In this document: positions 21,901-34,190 of the stretch, piece after piece
Layout of the letters: every line of letters starts with the position of its first letter
Numbering within the stretch: position 1 is the stretch's first letter
Source: Callorhinchus milii
Taxonomy: Eukaryota
Assembly: GCF_018977255.1 (NCBI RefSeq)
Contig: NW_024705525.1
Span: 1-36,914 of the forward strand
Length of the DNA: 36,914 bases
Direction of reading: 5' to 3'
The notes under the pieces: model-generated
The model's input: only the letters and a program-made list of their open reading frames with translations
Told to the model about the DNA's origin: nothing
Database searches by the model: none
Translations under genes and position numbers: made by a program

Positions 21901-23400
21901 CAGCCGAAGAGGTCCAGGTGGTCTACAGTGAATTGAGTTATTGTGCAGTCCAGCAAAATGTGAAATCAAGCCTTGGTGTCGTGAAACATGGAATGTACTG
22001 GCAGCCTCCCTTGCCCCTTCCATCTCTTTAACTTCTAACCTACCTTCGTCGCTAATAGGCGGAATCGATTGGCCTCCCATCTGCCGTCGTTGCTCACTAA
22101 ACATTCGTTGAAAAAATACCTCCGGTCAATCAGTCAGTTTTCTCTTTCACAACACTGACACCTTCACAGTCAAAGTCATTAATGTCATTATTTCCTTACC
22201 CTGCCTTTTTTTTTCCTTATTCCCACTTTGTCCTTTGATTTAGTTCACCACCCAATCGATTGCATTCCCTGTCTGCTCACCTCAGGTAGGGAGGCGCCGT
22301 TGGTGAATGTACTTGTAAGACAAGTGAGAGGATCGTGAAATCGATCCATTTTTTGATAGACAACCAGTGTAGCCTCACAAGGACAGGTGGAATGGGAGTA
22401 TGGAATTGAGCGTTGGGCAATATACAGGCTGCAGATTACTAGTTGGAATCGAAACTCAATTTTTCATTTGAAAAGTTAAGTTGGAAGTATTTCAGCGAAT
22501 TATTGAATCGATCAACTAGTTTTATTCGGCAATCCAAACTACTTTCGAAACTATCTTGGATATTTAACAATCTGAACAAGCGGTGACTAAATTTTAAATA
22601 ACATACCAACTGGATTTCCCCATCACTATCAGTGATGAATCGCTGCTTATTATAATTTACGCTTCTGGTACTGCGCATTGCCACATTAATGAGACATGGA
22701 AAACTGCATCACAGTATTATTTTTGAAGTGAACCTTCTGGAATTGTTGGAAAACTTGGCATGCAAATTGCTCAAAGCAGTAAAAACAACAGATATCAAAG
22801 AAATTGTCTTATTTCATATTTATATTTTTATATTTTGCGCTTCATGCTTTGCCAGCTACCATCTTCAATTATGTCTCGAACGCCAAATTAAGAGAACTGT
22901 CTGTTTTGTAATGCTCACGAGTTGCTGGAGAGGTGTTACCTAAGTTTTTAAATGTTGCACCTGAAAATCACTTAATGAAAATCAAAGTCGTCCAGTATTA
23001 ATGCAATTTTGTAAATTATTTCTCGCAAACCGGTATTAGAAACCGGTGTATACTAGATACTCACCTCTGTTCGCAAAAGATTAAGTAGAAACTCTGTAGT
23101 TTTTTGATTGTCGTACTGAATTTCGAGTGGAATAATCCCGTAAATAAGTTCATTCAATCCACGACAGTATTTCCGACAGTTCTGTGGCGCTTTTTACACA
23201 CAGCACACAAAAGTCAATTAAATTTACAGTATCTTCTGCGAAGAATTTGAAAACGTCTCTGCAAAGCAATGAGATGCGGAATGATTTGGAAAGATAATTA
23301 TTTGTCAACTGTTGAACTCCATTCGAAGCATTGATTATCGAAACTGGGGCCTTAATTTCGTAATCTGAATCTGAGTTTATTCATGATTTATTCCTTGTAG

Positions 23401-24302
23401 TTAACTTGGTGACGATTGTGATCCTGTCCCGAGGAAAGTGCGGTCTCTCCACATGTGTCACTCGATACCTGGTGGCCATGGCAGTGGCAGACCTGCTGGT
23501 GGTGATCACTGATGTGATATGGAAGCGCTTTGCAGAGATCTATTCGTGGCATTTTATTTTCCTGAACCTGACTCCTATCTGTTGCATCCGTGAGGTGCTG
23601 TTTCATGCAACCACCACCTGTTCTGTTTGGCTCACAATCGCTTTCACCTTTGATCGATTTGTAGCAATTTGTCATCCGAAACTGAAAACCAAATACTGCA
23701 CCGAGAAAACAGCGACTGTGGTCATTGTGTCGATCTGTGTGTTCAGCTGTGTGATCAACATACCCTGGTACCTCGAACTTGAACCGCTATTTATAATTAA
23801 CAACACGCCTTGGTTTTGTGTTGTGAAAGGAAGTTTTTATTTTTCATGGTTATGGACCGCTTTTTCGTTGTTTCACTGCATTTTAACGCCATTTATCCCA
23901 TTTGTTCTCATTTTGCTGCTCAATGTTCTGACCATCAGATATATCTTAGTGACCAATGCTGCACGGAAAAGGCTCCGAGGCCACAGCAATGGGGAAAACC
24001 AGAAAGATCCAGAGATGCAGAATCGGAGAAGGTCGATTAATTTGCTGTTTACCGTAACGGGGAGTTTTATATGCTTATGGGTGACATATGTGATAGCTTA
24101 TATTCAGAACGAAATTGAATTTGTGACTTTTAAATCGTCTGGTAACTCATGGATAGCACTACAGTTTGGAAATATGCTTCGACTCTTCAGCTGCTCTACA
24201 AACACATGTATTTATGCTTTGACACAAACCAAATTCAGAAAACAGCTGATGAATATGGTGATATACCCGTTTTATCAAATACGCATTCTGTTCAGAAAAT
24301 AA
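23401..24302 (+). CDS. GPR139/GPR142-like class A GPCR, coding exon 2 (intact; 327 aa with exon 1)
   Basis: Acceptor ttccttgtag at 23400. Open frame with TM1-TM7: YLVAMAVADLL, TPIC, AFTFDRFVAICHPKLKTKYCT, NIPWY, PWFC, PFIPFVLILLLNVLT, NRRRS, FICLW, SCSTNTCIYALTQTKFR. Confidence 0.95.
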
Positions 24303-24599
24303 GAATTTGCTGCCTACAAAGACCAATATCCATCGAGTTCGCCATCCATTTTCTTGCGGGAAGCCTGACATGTTGTGTCCCAAACTATATGCTGTATATT
24401 GTGTGTATGTCGGTGCGCGCGTGATTTAGTGTGTGCGTTTTCCGTATGTGTAGCGTATCATAAGATATTATTTTCCAGCAGAAATCTATCCATTTTTTTC
24501 TTGAAGTAAACATTCTCTGCTTTCGTTTTCTCCCTAGAAACCTGTTCCGTAAGCTTACTCGACGATGTCTGAAGAAAATTTTCTGGAAAACCCGGAGGA

Positions 24600-24750
24600 T
24601 GGGTATTTTAGGAGGTTGTATTTGCTGGGTTATGGGGAAAGGGCTGGAGATTGGAAATGAAATAACATTATTCTTTTCATAGAAGCCTAACAGACTCAAT
24701 GGGCCGCATGGCCTCTTTTTGTGCTGTTCGATTCTATAATTCCATGGTTA
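24600..24750 (+). mobile_element. CR1 3' tail fragment
   Basis: gggttatggggaaagggctgg...atgggccgcatggcctc...gtgctg...attctataattccatg. Confidence 0.7.
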
Positions 24751-24911
24751 TGTGAATACTAGTATTCCTTACTATTGATGTAGAGGATTACCGCATCGTT
24801 GAGCCATCTGAAAGTGTTTCACATTATGTTCTGTGAAAGAAATGCAAATTAACAAACACATGAGGCTGTATGACCTTAAATGCTTCCATTGTGTTCCGTA
24901 AAAGAAAATCC

Positions 24912-26810
24912 AGATTCCTTTTCAACTCAGTTCACTCAAGAAGGTCAAGAAACAAATATTAATTATTGCTTTTTATCCAGAAAATTGTGTTAAATACCAA
25001 AATAATCACGAGCCTAACGAAGCGAGCATCAACATATCAAAGGATTATATGAATAAGAATTGATCATCGAAGTTGAATTGACGGCCAAAGCCACATGCAC
25101 TTAAGCATGTAGAAACGTAATGAGAGAGAGAGAGGGATGGAGAGAGAGAGAGAGATGTGGAGCAGTGAGGAAGGAGTAATAGCGGGGTCGTTTATGTTGG
25201 CATATTGAGTTAGGAGAGAATACAAGTTGCTTCTAAAATATCAGATATCAACCATGTATCGGTCTTCGGTAAATTTTAAGAAAGAGGAAACTCAAGTGAT
25301 CTCTTCGGTTGTTAATTTTCAGTAACTCACAGTGGATTCTCGTGTAGTGGCAAATTATGTGTCAAATAAACTCTGGAATTATTCTCTTCAAAACGCTTGT
25401 ACTTGTAGTTGAAATATATATATTCCGTACCGTCAGTCTTTATTTACTCACTCACTTAACAAGCCAATTAATAAATCATTACCTAATTTGAAGAAAAAAA
25501 CACTCCTGCTTCATCTTTCATTATCTTTTTCTTCAGAAGAGTGGTAATTCAAGCAGTCTGTGTGGAAGTGCAACTTCCGAGAGAGCAGCAAATCTCGAGT
25601 TTGATATATCAGCGCCTGGTGACGTCCACCCGACGTGAAAGTTGTGAAACAAGCAAAATAACATAACATGACGCTTCGTACCTGGAGTAGGCGGTTTGGC
25701 ACTTCGAGCCTTCCACAACATTCAATCACGGCAGATCTTCTACTCCATCACCAGTTAGTAACCTAACCCGGCCTTAACCCCATACCACTTAATCCCCTTT
25801 GCAATAAGACTTCTATCATCTCAGCCTTGAATATGTTCAAGGACTGAGCGTAAACAGCCCTTTCGGGAAGTGAGTTCCGTACATTCGCTACCCTTTGAGT
25901 GAAGAAGTTCTTCGTCAACACAGTGCGAACGGGCTGGGCTCTGAACTTAAATTTGTGTCCAATGGTATTAGTTCTTCCAAACAGGGTAAACAATCTCCCA
26001 CTTTCCACTCCATCATGCCCCTTGATGATCTTATAGGTTTCGATAAGATCCCCTCAAATTCTTCTATATTGTAGAGAATATAGGACGAAATCGGTCAGCG
26101 TATCCTCGTAACTCATTCCCTTCATCCCTGTTACTAACCTAATAAATCTACGCTGCACACTCTCCAAGGCCAGTATATCCTTCCTTAAAGAAGGAAACCA
26201 CAACTGCACAGTATGCCTGGACTGGTCTCACGCGGGCCCTATAGAGTTGCAGGATGGATCGCCACTCTTATAATCTAATCCTTTCATAAAGAAAGCTGAC
26301 ATATCGCTCGAAAACGTGATCTTGATGTTGTTGTTGTTGCGTGTTATCATCTGCACGGCAATCACTCTCTGTAGCTGGAGGCGCGGTCAGCGGCTTAGGA
26401 TGTGATTGATCAGAGAAATGTTTGCCTTCCTGAAACAATGCAGCAATGATCGGTATGATTTTCATTCGCCACGATGCATACTCCTAAAGGCCAACTCCAG
26501 TCACTGCCATAAGAGGATTTTCATCATGGAGGACGCGAAAGGTGGAACGAGAGAATTGGTGACTCGCCGTATCAATCACCCAAAGGGATGGATGCCGCCT
26601 ATGGGCCAATATTTGGACAACGATGTTGTAAAGTGTCGGGATTCTGTGCAGTGTAGATCAATGTGCCAGTAATTTGCTGTGCAATGAGCGTCCAATTTTA
26701 TTTGACGGGTTTGTCAGCCAGGGACAACAGGAGAAACTCAGTTGAATTTGAGTTGTGCAGAATATTGTTAAACGAAATTGTATATACAAACTCACAGACA
26801 AACAGACACA
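24912..26810 (+). repeat. GPCR 3'-flank duplicated cassette, copy 3 (interrupted by CR1 at 25655-26305)
   Basis: Reverse-complement homology to 13297-14067 and 7900-9100, e.g. ggcaatcactctctgtagctggagg...gatcagagaaatg...tgcagcaatga vs 8280-8380. Confidence 0.82.
25655..26305 (-). mobile_element. CR1 3' fragment
   Basis: GHKFKFRAQPVRTVLTKNFFTQRVANVRNSLPERAV...IFKAE, and RKDILALESVQRRF upstream; CR1 tail near 25655-25720. Confidence 0.9.
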
Positions 26811-27529
26811 CAGAAAAACCCACACCGATACACAATGGCTGATACGAGGTGAGGTCAGAACTTTCATCGCCTTTTCTCAACCACAATTCAAGCGAGAATA
26901 TTGTTACCGAACTGTTATAAAACTCGGCAAGTATGACATTTAAATTTTTTCAGTTAAGCCTCAGCAAGACACATCGGTTACCTGGCAGCAAACTGGACGT
27001 TTTAAGACGTCTTCAGAAAACAAAAGCCATGATAACAATGTTAATTTATATTGTATAATACAATATTCTGGCAGTTATCTTCCACAATTCGTCAAATAAT
27101 TTTTTTCAAATTCTATATCAATTTAGATTAATCTAGCGCCTTTCGATTTGTGAAGTCAAGGCAACACGGTCAGCAATAATGACTAAACCAAGCTGGGAAT
27201 TAAAATTCAGCGAGGATACAAAGTAAATATTCATCCCTAGCGCCGCAAAGAGACAGGTCCTGAGACAGACTTGAGTGAGGTAAGACAAGGTGAGTCAAAC
27301 CAACTCTGATATGGAGTTTGATAGAGTTCTTGGTGTTAGGCCGGTGGTGTAGAGCAGGGCTGGGGAAGCTCACAATCACAACGTTAGTGCTCTCATGTCG
27401 TTGTGGAGTAGACAAGAAAATATCTTGCAATTATACAGCGCCCCGCACTGAGGGCAGCATTTCAGAGCGCTGGACATTGGTGGAGCACAACTGCAAGCCA
27501 GGGGATGCGGGAGGTTACTCCAGGTACTG

Positions 27530-28000
27530 TCGAACAGGGACATATTCAGAGGGTCCAGATGACGGAAGGCAAGGTGTAAAGGGAAAGGGCTAAGGAAAGA
27601 GTTCCCGAGCTTTAGGTCTTAGTGGTTGAACCGGTGGACTCCAATGGATAACAAGGATCAAGCGGCACATGGAGAAGATTGTAAGCAGTCGAACAGAGGC
27701 AGCGGGTTTTGCTTTGGGGGCTAAACATGTCAGAAAAATATGGAGGAACGAGGGCATGAAGGGATTTGAATACGAGTGTGAGAATCATACCTGGACCAGT
27801 TCGATGATGGGGAGCATTCGAGCTTCGTTAAAACTGGTCAGATCGTTTAAGAATTAGTATGCGGGCAGCGTAGTTTTGGATGAGTTTGATCCTGTGCATG
27901 GTGGAGCTGGGGAGACCGGCAAACAGGGTATTTTACAAGTCCAGTCGGGAGCTGACAAATGCAAACTCGAGTGGGTGACAAGAATGATTGAGGAGACAGA
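27530..28000 (-). mobile_element. Old L2 fragment
   Basis: FVSSRLDL*NTLFAGLPSSTMHRIKLIQNYAARI on the minus strand. Confidence 0.7.
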
Positions 28001-28069
28001 GGGAAACATGGAAACACGAGTATGCCATTCTGCCCCTCTGCCTGTTCCGCATTTTGCGGACCAGCTGGT

Positions 28070-29520
28070 TACCACTCCAGTCCAATTAACCAACTAACCA
28101 TCATTTTGCTAAATCTGCGATATACGCACTCCAGAAACATGATATCCTTCCTGAGTGTGTGATGCCGAAAAATTGCATGTAGTCTTCTGATGAGAACAGA
28201 CCAATGCTCTCTATATTTGAGGCGTCATTTGCTCTCCTGTGTGTTCCAGCCTCCATGACATAGAGGCCAACATCCCACTTGTCAACTTCATACTTTTTGT
28301 AACTTTGAAATTGTATTTATTTAATTGTGTAGGTGGGCACCCAAATTCATTGGCTCTTCCATCTGCCACAAACCTATAGGCTCACTTAATCTTTGTAATT
28401 CCATTTCATTCTTCCTGCTTTCATTCTAGAACAATACTGACCCTCCTATCATTGTGTCACCTGCAGATTTGGGTATATGTTTCTCTATTCCTTCGTGCAA
28501 GTCACTTATGTACGATCAAAAGCGGAGTCCTCAGTACAGACACCTGAATAACACCGATTGTCAATTCATTTTAAGATAAATTCTGTAAAGCGCTTTCAAA
28601 ATCTAGAAGAAGTGCTTTGCGGTATACCAAATGCAAACATTATTATTATATTATTTTTGACCCGTCCTCCTAACCAGAGAAGGTTCTTTCTCCTCAAACA
28701 TCTTTTAGTTACCTCGCAACCAATTACCCTACCACATCGGAAGTTTACCTCCAATTCCATGCAATATTATTTTTGCTGTTAACCTCTTGCAAGGAATATG
28801 ATCAGCTTCTGGAAGCCCATGTAGACTACATCCGCAGACCTTCACTTAACCAAAATGTTAGTTGCCTCTTTACAACAAATCAATCAGATGGGTCAAACAA
28901 CACCTACCTTCACAAATCCATGCAGGCTCTCTTTCATCAGTTCATATTTTCCAAACGCTCAATCGCACTATTCCTGATGAGGAATTTCAGTAGATTCCAC
29001 ATCACTGAATTTCAGCAGGGAAACCTGCATTGATATGCTTTCTCCCTCCCTCCCTTCTTAAATAATGGAGTGTTATTTGCAATCTCGAATCCAAGGGCAC
29101 AGTGGCTGAATAAAGAGATCTTTGGACAATCATGAATAATGCATTAGCAATAACCTCCATTACTTCCTTCCATACAATGTGGTGGAACCTATTGGGTCGC
29201 GCAGACTTGTTTTTCTTTAATTCCATCATTTGTACAAAAAACCATATTTTTAATTCATCATATCCTGCTTCGGTTTGGGTTATTTTCCGTTTCGTTTGTT
29301 CTGCTGGTATTTTGTGCTCTTTCTGTACTCTGACAAAAGAAGAAATGTATTTATTCAATTCGCCTGCCATTAGCATATTGTTCGCGAAAGCACTTCCACA
29401 TGTGACTTTAACTGTCCCAGAAATCCCTTTGCTTCTCTCTTTCTCTTAACATATTGATGTAAATTTCACTGTTGCCAATGATATCACTTCAATTTTTCCC
29501 TATAATGCATTTAACCTCGT
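28070..29520 (-). mobile_element. Degenerate CR1 ORF2 fragment (with a short SINE/L2 tail inserted at ~28580-28655)
   Basis: LNKYISSFV...MELKKNKSARPNRFHHIVWKEVMEVIANALFMIVQRSL...VPLD; QHGFVKV, VVYMGFQK, KSAGDT motifs. Confidence 0.8.
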
Positions 29521-29529
29521 ACTACTTTC

Positions 29530-31573
29530 TTCATTTAGTTTATGAAACAACCTAAATTAGCGAATAAGATTTAATGGAAGCACAGGGTATTTTTTAAGCA
29601 TACTAAAATAGTAAGTTAGTGAAATCTAATGTGTGCCCAATTACCGACAAAATAAGATACGTTCTTGTGGAGGCAGAGGGAATGGCTAACATACTGAATG
29701 AGTAATTTGCCTCTTTCTTCGCAAAAGAAGAAAATGCACCAAATGCTATAGTATCGGAGGAGGGATTGCAGAAATTGGATTAGATAAGGATAAACCGAGT
29801 GGAGTTAAAAAAAAACTTCGTTGGTTCTCAAGTAAGATATGTCACCCAGTCAGGACAGGATGCAACATAGTTTACTGAATGCAGTGCGGGTTCAAATAAC
29901 GACGGCTCTGGTTACAAAATGTAAATACTCCTTGGATACCGGGGAAGGGACTGGAGTGTTGCAATAATACTGGAAAAAGTAAATTTTCAGTTACAAAAAT
30001 AAGGGTTAACTGAGGACAATCAACACAGACTTACTCAACGGAAAACCAGCGTCACAAACTTGATAGATTTTTGATCTGGCCACAATCTTTCAAGCTTCCG
30101 TAGACACCGTGATTCTGCCAGATGAATGGTGTATTGTAAATGTTATTCTATTGCACAAAAAAAGAGCAGTAGGAATACCCGGGGAACTCTTAGCCATTAG
30201 TCAAATTTAATAGCGGGGAAGCTTCAAGAGAATGTAATCGTGTCAAAATATGTTTTCACTCAGAATAATATGGTTCAATGAAGGGCAGCAAAAACAGATT
30301 TGCTAAAGTTAAATCGTGTCTTACAGAACTGCTAGAAATTTTCGTGAATTGCCGGAGAGGTTGTACCAAGGTAGTGCAGTTTATGTAGTTTATATGGATT
30401 TTCAAACACCCCTTGATAAAGTGCCAAAAGAAGCTCTTGATATTAATGTGACAGTGGCACAGTTGTTACAGAACTGGCTCGGAGCGACAAACCAGACAGA
30501 GTTTGTTAAAGGTTGGTTTACTGACTGGAGGTAAATGCGCATTGCTGACCACCAGGGGTCAGTATTGGGACCACTGCTGTTTAGAATCTATATATATAAC
30601 CTGGAATTGGGTATAGGATGTATGATTTCCAAGTTTGCAGATCTTACTTTGCTCCGAAATGGAATAAACTCTACGTGTGTTGCAGCAGACAACACACGAA
30701 CATAGGCAGACTGATAAGATGGGCAGACAGGTGGAAGATAAAGTTTAACTTGGAGAAATGCGAATTGATGCATTTTCGGAGGACACATAATAATAATAAT
30801 AATCCTTGGATTTGACAGGCAATATAAGATAGATGAAAGGGAGTGGAAGAGCATAGAGAGCTAAGGATTCATACAAGCAAATGATTGAAGGTGGCAGTGC
30901 ACGTAAAAACCTGTTATCATTAAAAGCACACGCGATACCAGGCTTGTTCATTAGGGGCTTAGAATACAAAAGTCAGGAATTTATGAATAAAAGACTGGTT
31001 AAGCCACACCTAGAGTACAGTCTCCGGTTCTCGGCACCAAACTTTAGGAAGCATGTCAAGGCATTGCACGGGGTGAAAAGCAGACTGATCTGTAATGGTA
31101 CCTGGAACTGTGGACTTCTTTTATCAGGAGAGGCAATAGAAGCATTATTCTTCTTTCAGCCAAGAAGCTTAAGATGAGACTTAATAGACGTAGAAAGAAT
31201 TATGACGGGATTCGATAGAGTAAACAAGAAGAAGCTACTTCAGGCGACGTGTGGGTCGGTAACCCAAGGACACAATTTAAAACAATCGCTGAAAGAAATT
31301 GATGGGAAGCGAAAACAATTTTTTCAAACGGTTGTGCAAGTTGTTTGGATCTGAAATGCATTGCCTGAAAGTGTATTGGATTCCGATCCAACAACGAATT
31401 TTAAGATAGAAGTAGATAATTATTTGGAGAGGGCAAATTTGCAGGGCTGTGGGGATTGTGCGAGTGATTGGAGTTGATTTAGAAAGCTCTTTTCAGAGAG
31501 TCGGCAAAGACTCGATTATCCGAATGGCCTCTTTCGGCGTTATATACTTCTATGATTCTATGATTCTCCTATG
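29530..31573 (+). mobile_element. CR1 ORF2 fragments (two pieces, break ~30075) ending in the CR1 tail
   Basis: [66 protein letters not shown]; tail ttctatgattctatgattct. Confidence 0.9.
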
Positions 31574-32619
31574 ATGAAATCCATTATCAAAAGCCATCCG
31601 CGCTGATCCGAACGCTTCAACTGGCCTTCAGATGGGAAGTTTCATTCATAAAGTTTCCACGTTGACTAACTCACAATTATTTTTTTAAAATCCGATTGTT
31701 TCATTCTATATGTGTTGTATAGTTTGCTGCGCAAATAGAATGCATGTATCTCTGCGAATACAAGTTGTGATTCGCCTACATAAAAAATAGTTTCATGTCA
31801 CTTTTGAAAGCTACAAAGAGTGGAAGAAAATGTCGTTAACATTGAAACAATCTACTTTATTTGGATCACTATGTCGTGGAGTTCAGTTTTAGTTGAGACA
31901 TCACGCGGAACACGAAGAATTCTATCTGACAATATTAAGGCGAATTCTAAAGATTTTGTCAACGTATAGAAACAGCAATACTTCAATATATTAGTAAAAC
32001 GGGAAGATCGATGAGCAAAGGCCCATGAGAGCTGGTTTCATCTGAGTAATTTTTTACAAACATTTGCAACTCTGTCCAACAACTTTAGAATGATCCGGTT
32101 CCAGTTTACCAATTTGATTAGTTAAGTCACTTTATTCAGGTCAAAACAGCAGGTAATACACAAATAAATGAAACAATAATACACAAGACAGGAAATGGTA
32201 CTACCGAATTTCTGTTGCAGCAATGGTCATCTCTCGCACTGCTCCATTACCGTTCTGGAGATGTATCTGACATCTCTTTCTTTAAAGATGGCTTATGTAG
32301 TCCACAAAACTGTCTTTTTTAAGAAAAGCAGATCACTATATGGTTATGTTCTACAAGCTTGTGCAGCACAGTATCTACTTTCTGTCTCCTTGTACTTCCC
32401 AAACTTATCTTGCCGCATCGCTTTGGGTTCTGATTTGCAGTTACTTAGCTTTGCAGCCTTTGCACTTATAGATTATATTCTTAAAACACACTTTAACATT
32501 AACCCATTACAACAATCTGAAGGTGGCAGCCACGATATCCTTTCCATTATTGGTGTCGAAATATCTGTGGAAAGCTGACAGTGTTGTGGCTTATACAGGG
32601 GGAACCACAGAATACGAAA

Positions 32620-32910
32620 TTTAGCTGGTAATGGCATGTTGGTGTGTGTCATTAGTTAGATTGCAGCGACAGCACTGTGTTCAGATTTCCTCGCATTAGG
32701 AAAGATAATAATGTATTGGAATGGATGCAATGGAGATGTACAAGAAATATGTCAGTGAAATTAATGAATGTACGAAAATACAGTCAATTTACTTCACAGT
32801 CAATTCTCTGAAGGGATTTTAAACGTCTGGGTGAAGTGAAAAATGCTGTATCAAATGCAAGGATTATTATTATTGATATTGTTATTGTTATTATTATTGT
32901 TGTAATTATT
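32620..32910 (+). mobile_element. Degenerate SINE with L2-type tail
   Basis: ctgaagggattttaaacgtctgggtgaagtgaaaaatgctgtatcaaatgcaagg followed by (ATT)n. Confidence 0.45.
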
Positions 32911-33499
32911 AATATCTCTGATTGAGTGTTGCCTAACAGTTGGAGGTGATCTGACTTACAATTTCAAAAGAATATCTGAAACCCTCAACATGAAGTCGTT
33001 GTTTCTGTGTGAGCAAATATGGCAGAACAGTTGCTCAGCAATGTCCCACAAACGGCCATTATAATACAATGAAATAATTTTGGAATTCAATGCATTATTT
33101 TTATCTGTGGCAAGCGTTCACTTTTGTGTTGTAAAACTCAAGCTGAGCTGCACATGAGCTCGCACTCTGGGGACCCAAAACTTTTCTTCTCGCAAATTTG
33201 TGCCGTATAATCTCCAGTATTAATTAAGAAGATTGCGGGCCTCCAGGGAGAGATTGAGCCTTGATTACAGACAGTCGCTTATTCTAATTCGTGATAAACA
33301 TATATGGATCTTTTCAGATATCTTAGAAACAAACACAAATTAAACTTCTGCAGTGCCCTCCACTCGTGGTAACATATCTCTTATTTTGTGAGTGGTTGAA
33401 ACCTTATGCATCAATTAGACAAACAGCTGAGCAAAGTTATTCAGGTTAATTACGCAACTCCCATGTCTGTGTGTGTGATAGAGTACTTTTCTGTGTGTT

Positions 33500-33855
33500 T
33501 CTTGAAAATCACAAGACATAAAGAGAGACAAAAACAGATACGCACAAACACAGAGAGAGAGACACACACGAGCATTCACAAACACACAGAGACAAGGACA
33601 CACAGACATTCACAAACAGATAGAGAGAGACACTCAGAAAGATACAGAGAGAGAGAGAGAGACTTACACAGTCCCTCACAAGCACACAGAGACAGACCCA
33701 CACAGAAACTCACAACCACTCAGAGAGAGACTCACACAGACACTCACAAACACATGGACTCAAGCAAACACTGACACTTAGAAAAACACAGGTAGAGGCA
33801 ATCATATTTACGCACACACAGGAATACACTCACACACACACACACAGAGAGATAA
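33500..33855. repeat. CA/GA-rich low-complexity tract
   Basis: (CA)n and (GA)n mosaic. Confidence 0.85.
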
Positions 33856-33994
33856 GGATGACGTTGAGTAAGCGGCGAGAGCTTCTCGGGCCAAAACTAT
33901 ATATTTTTTAGAGGATTTGTTGTGAAGAGGGCTGTTTGTAGCGGAATCCACACAAAAGTCCAACCGCACTTTTCTGTTAGTACAGTTAATAATC

Positions 33995-34190
33995 CCCCAA
34001 AGAAAACAATAATGTGATCAGTGAATCCACGACTTTGTGTGGGAACATCACAGTGTCCAGTTGGCTGAACAAAATATACAGTCGCGCACAAAAATACAGT
34101 TACTGCACATTAAATTGTGTCCTGTGAAGCGCTTCGAGACATCTGGAAGATGTGATTAGGCGCTTTGACAAATGCAATGATTATTATAAT
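33995..34190 (+). mobile_element. Deu-domain-like SINE 3' half with L2-type tail
   Basis: tgtgtgggaacatcacagtgtccagttggctg...cagttactgcac...tgtgaagcgcttcgagacatc...ggcgctttgacaaatgcaa(TTA)n. Confidence 0.6.

Noticed and set aside
32500..32570. Possible orphan GPCR exon 1 (QSEGGSHDILSIIGVE)
   Set aside because: Register resembles QIEPIYYAIVAAIGVP, but there is no donor site, no YY and no downstream exon 2 in the window.
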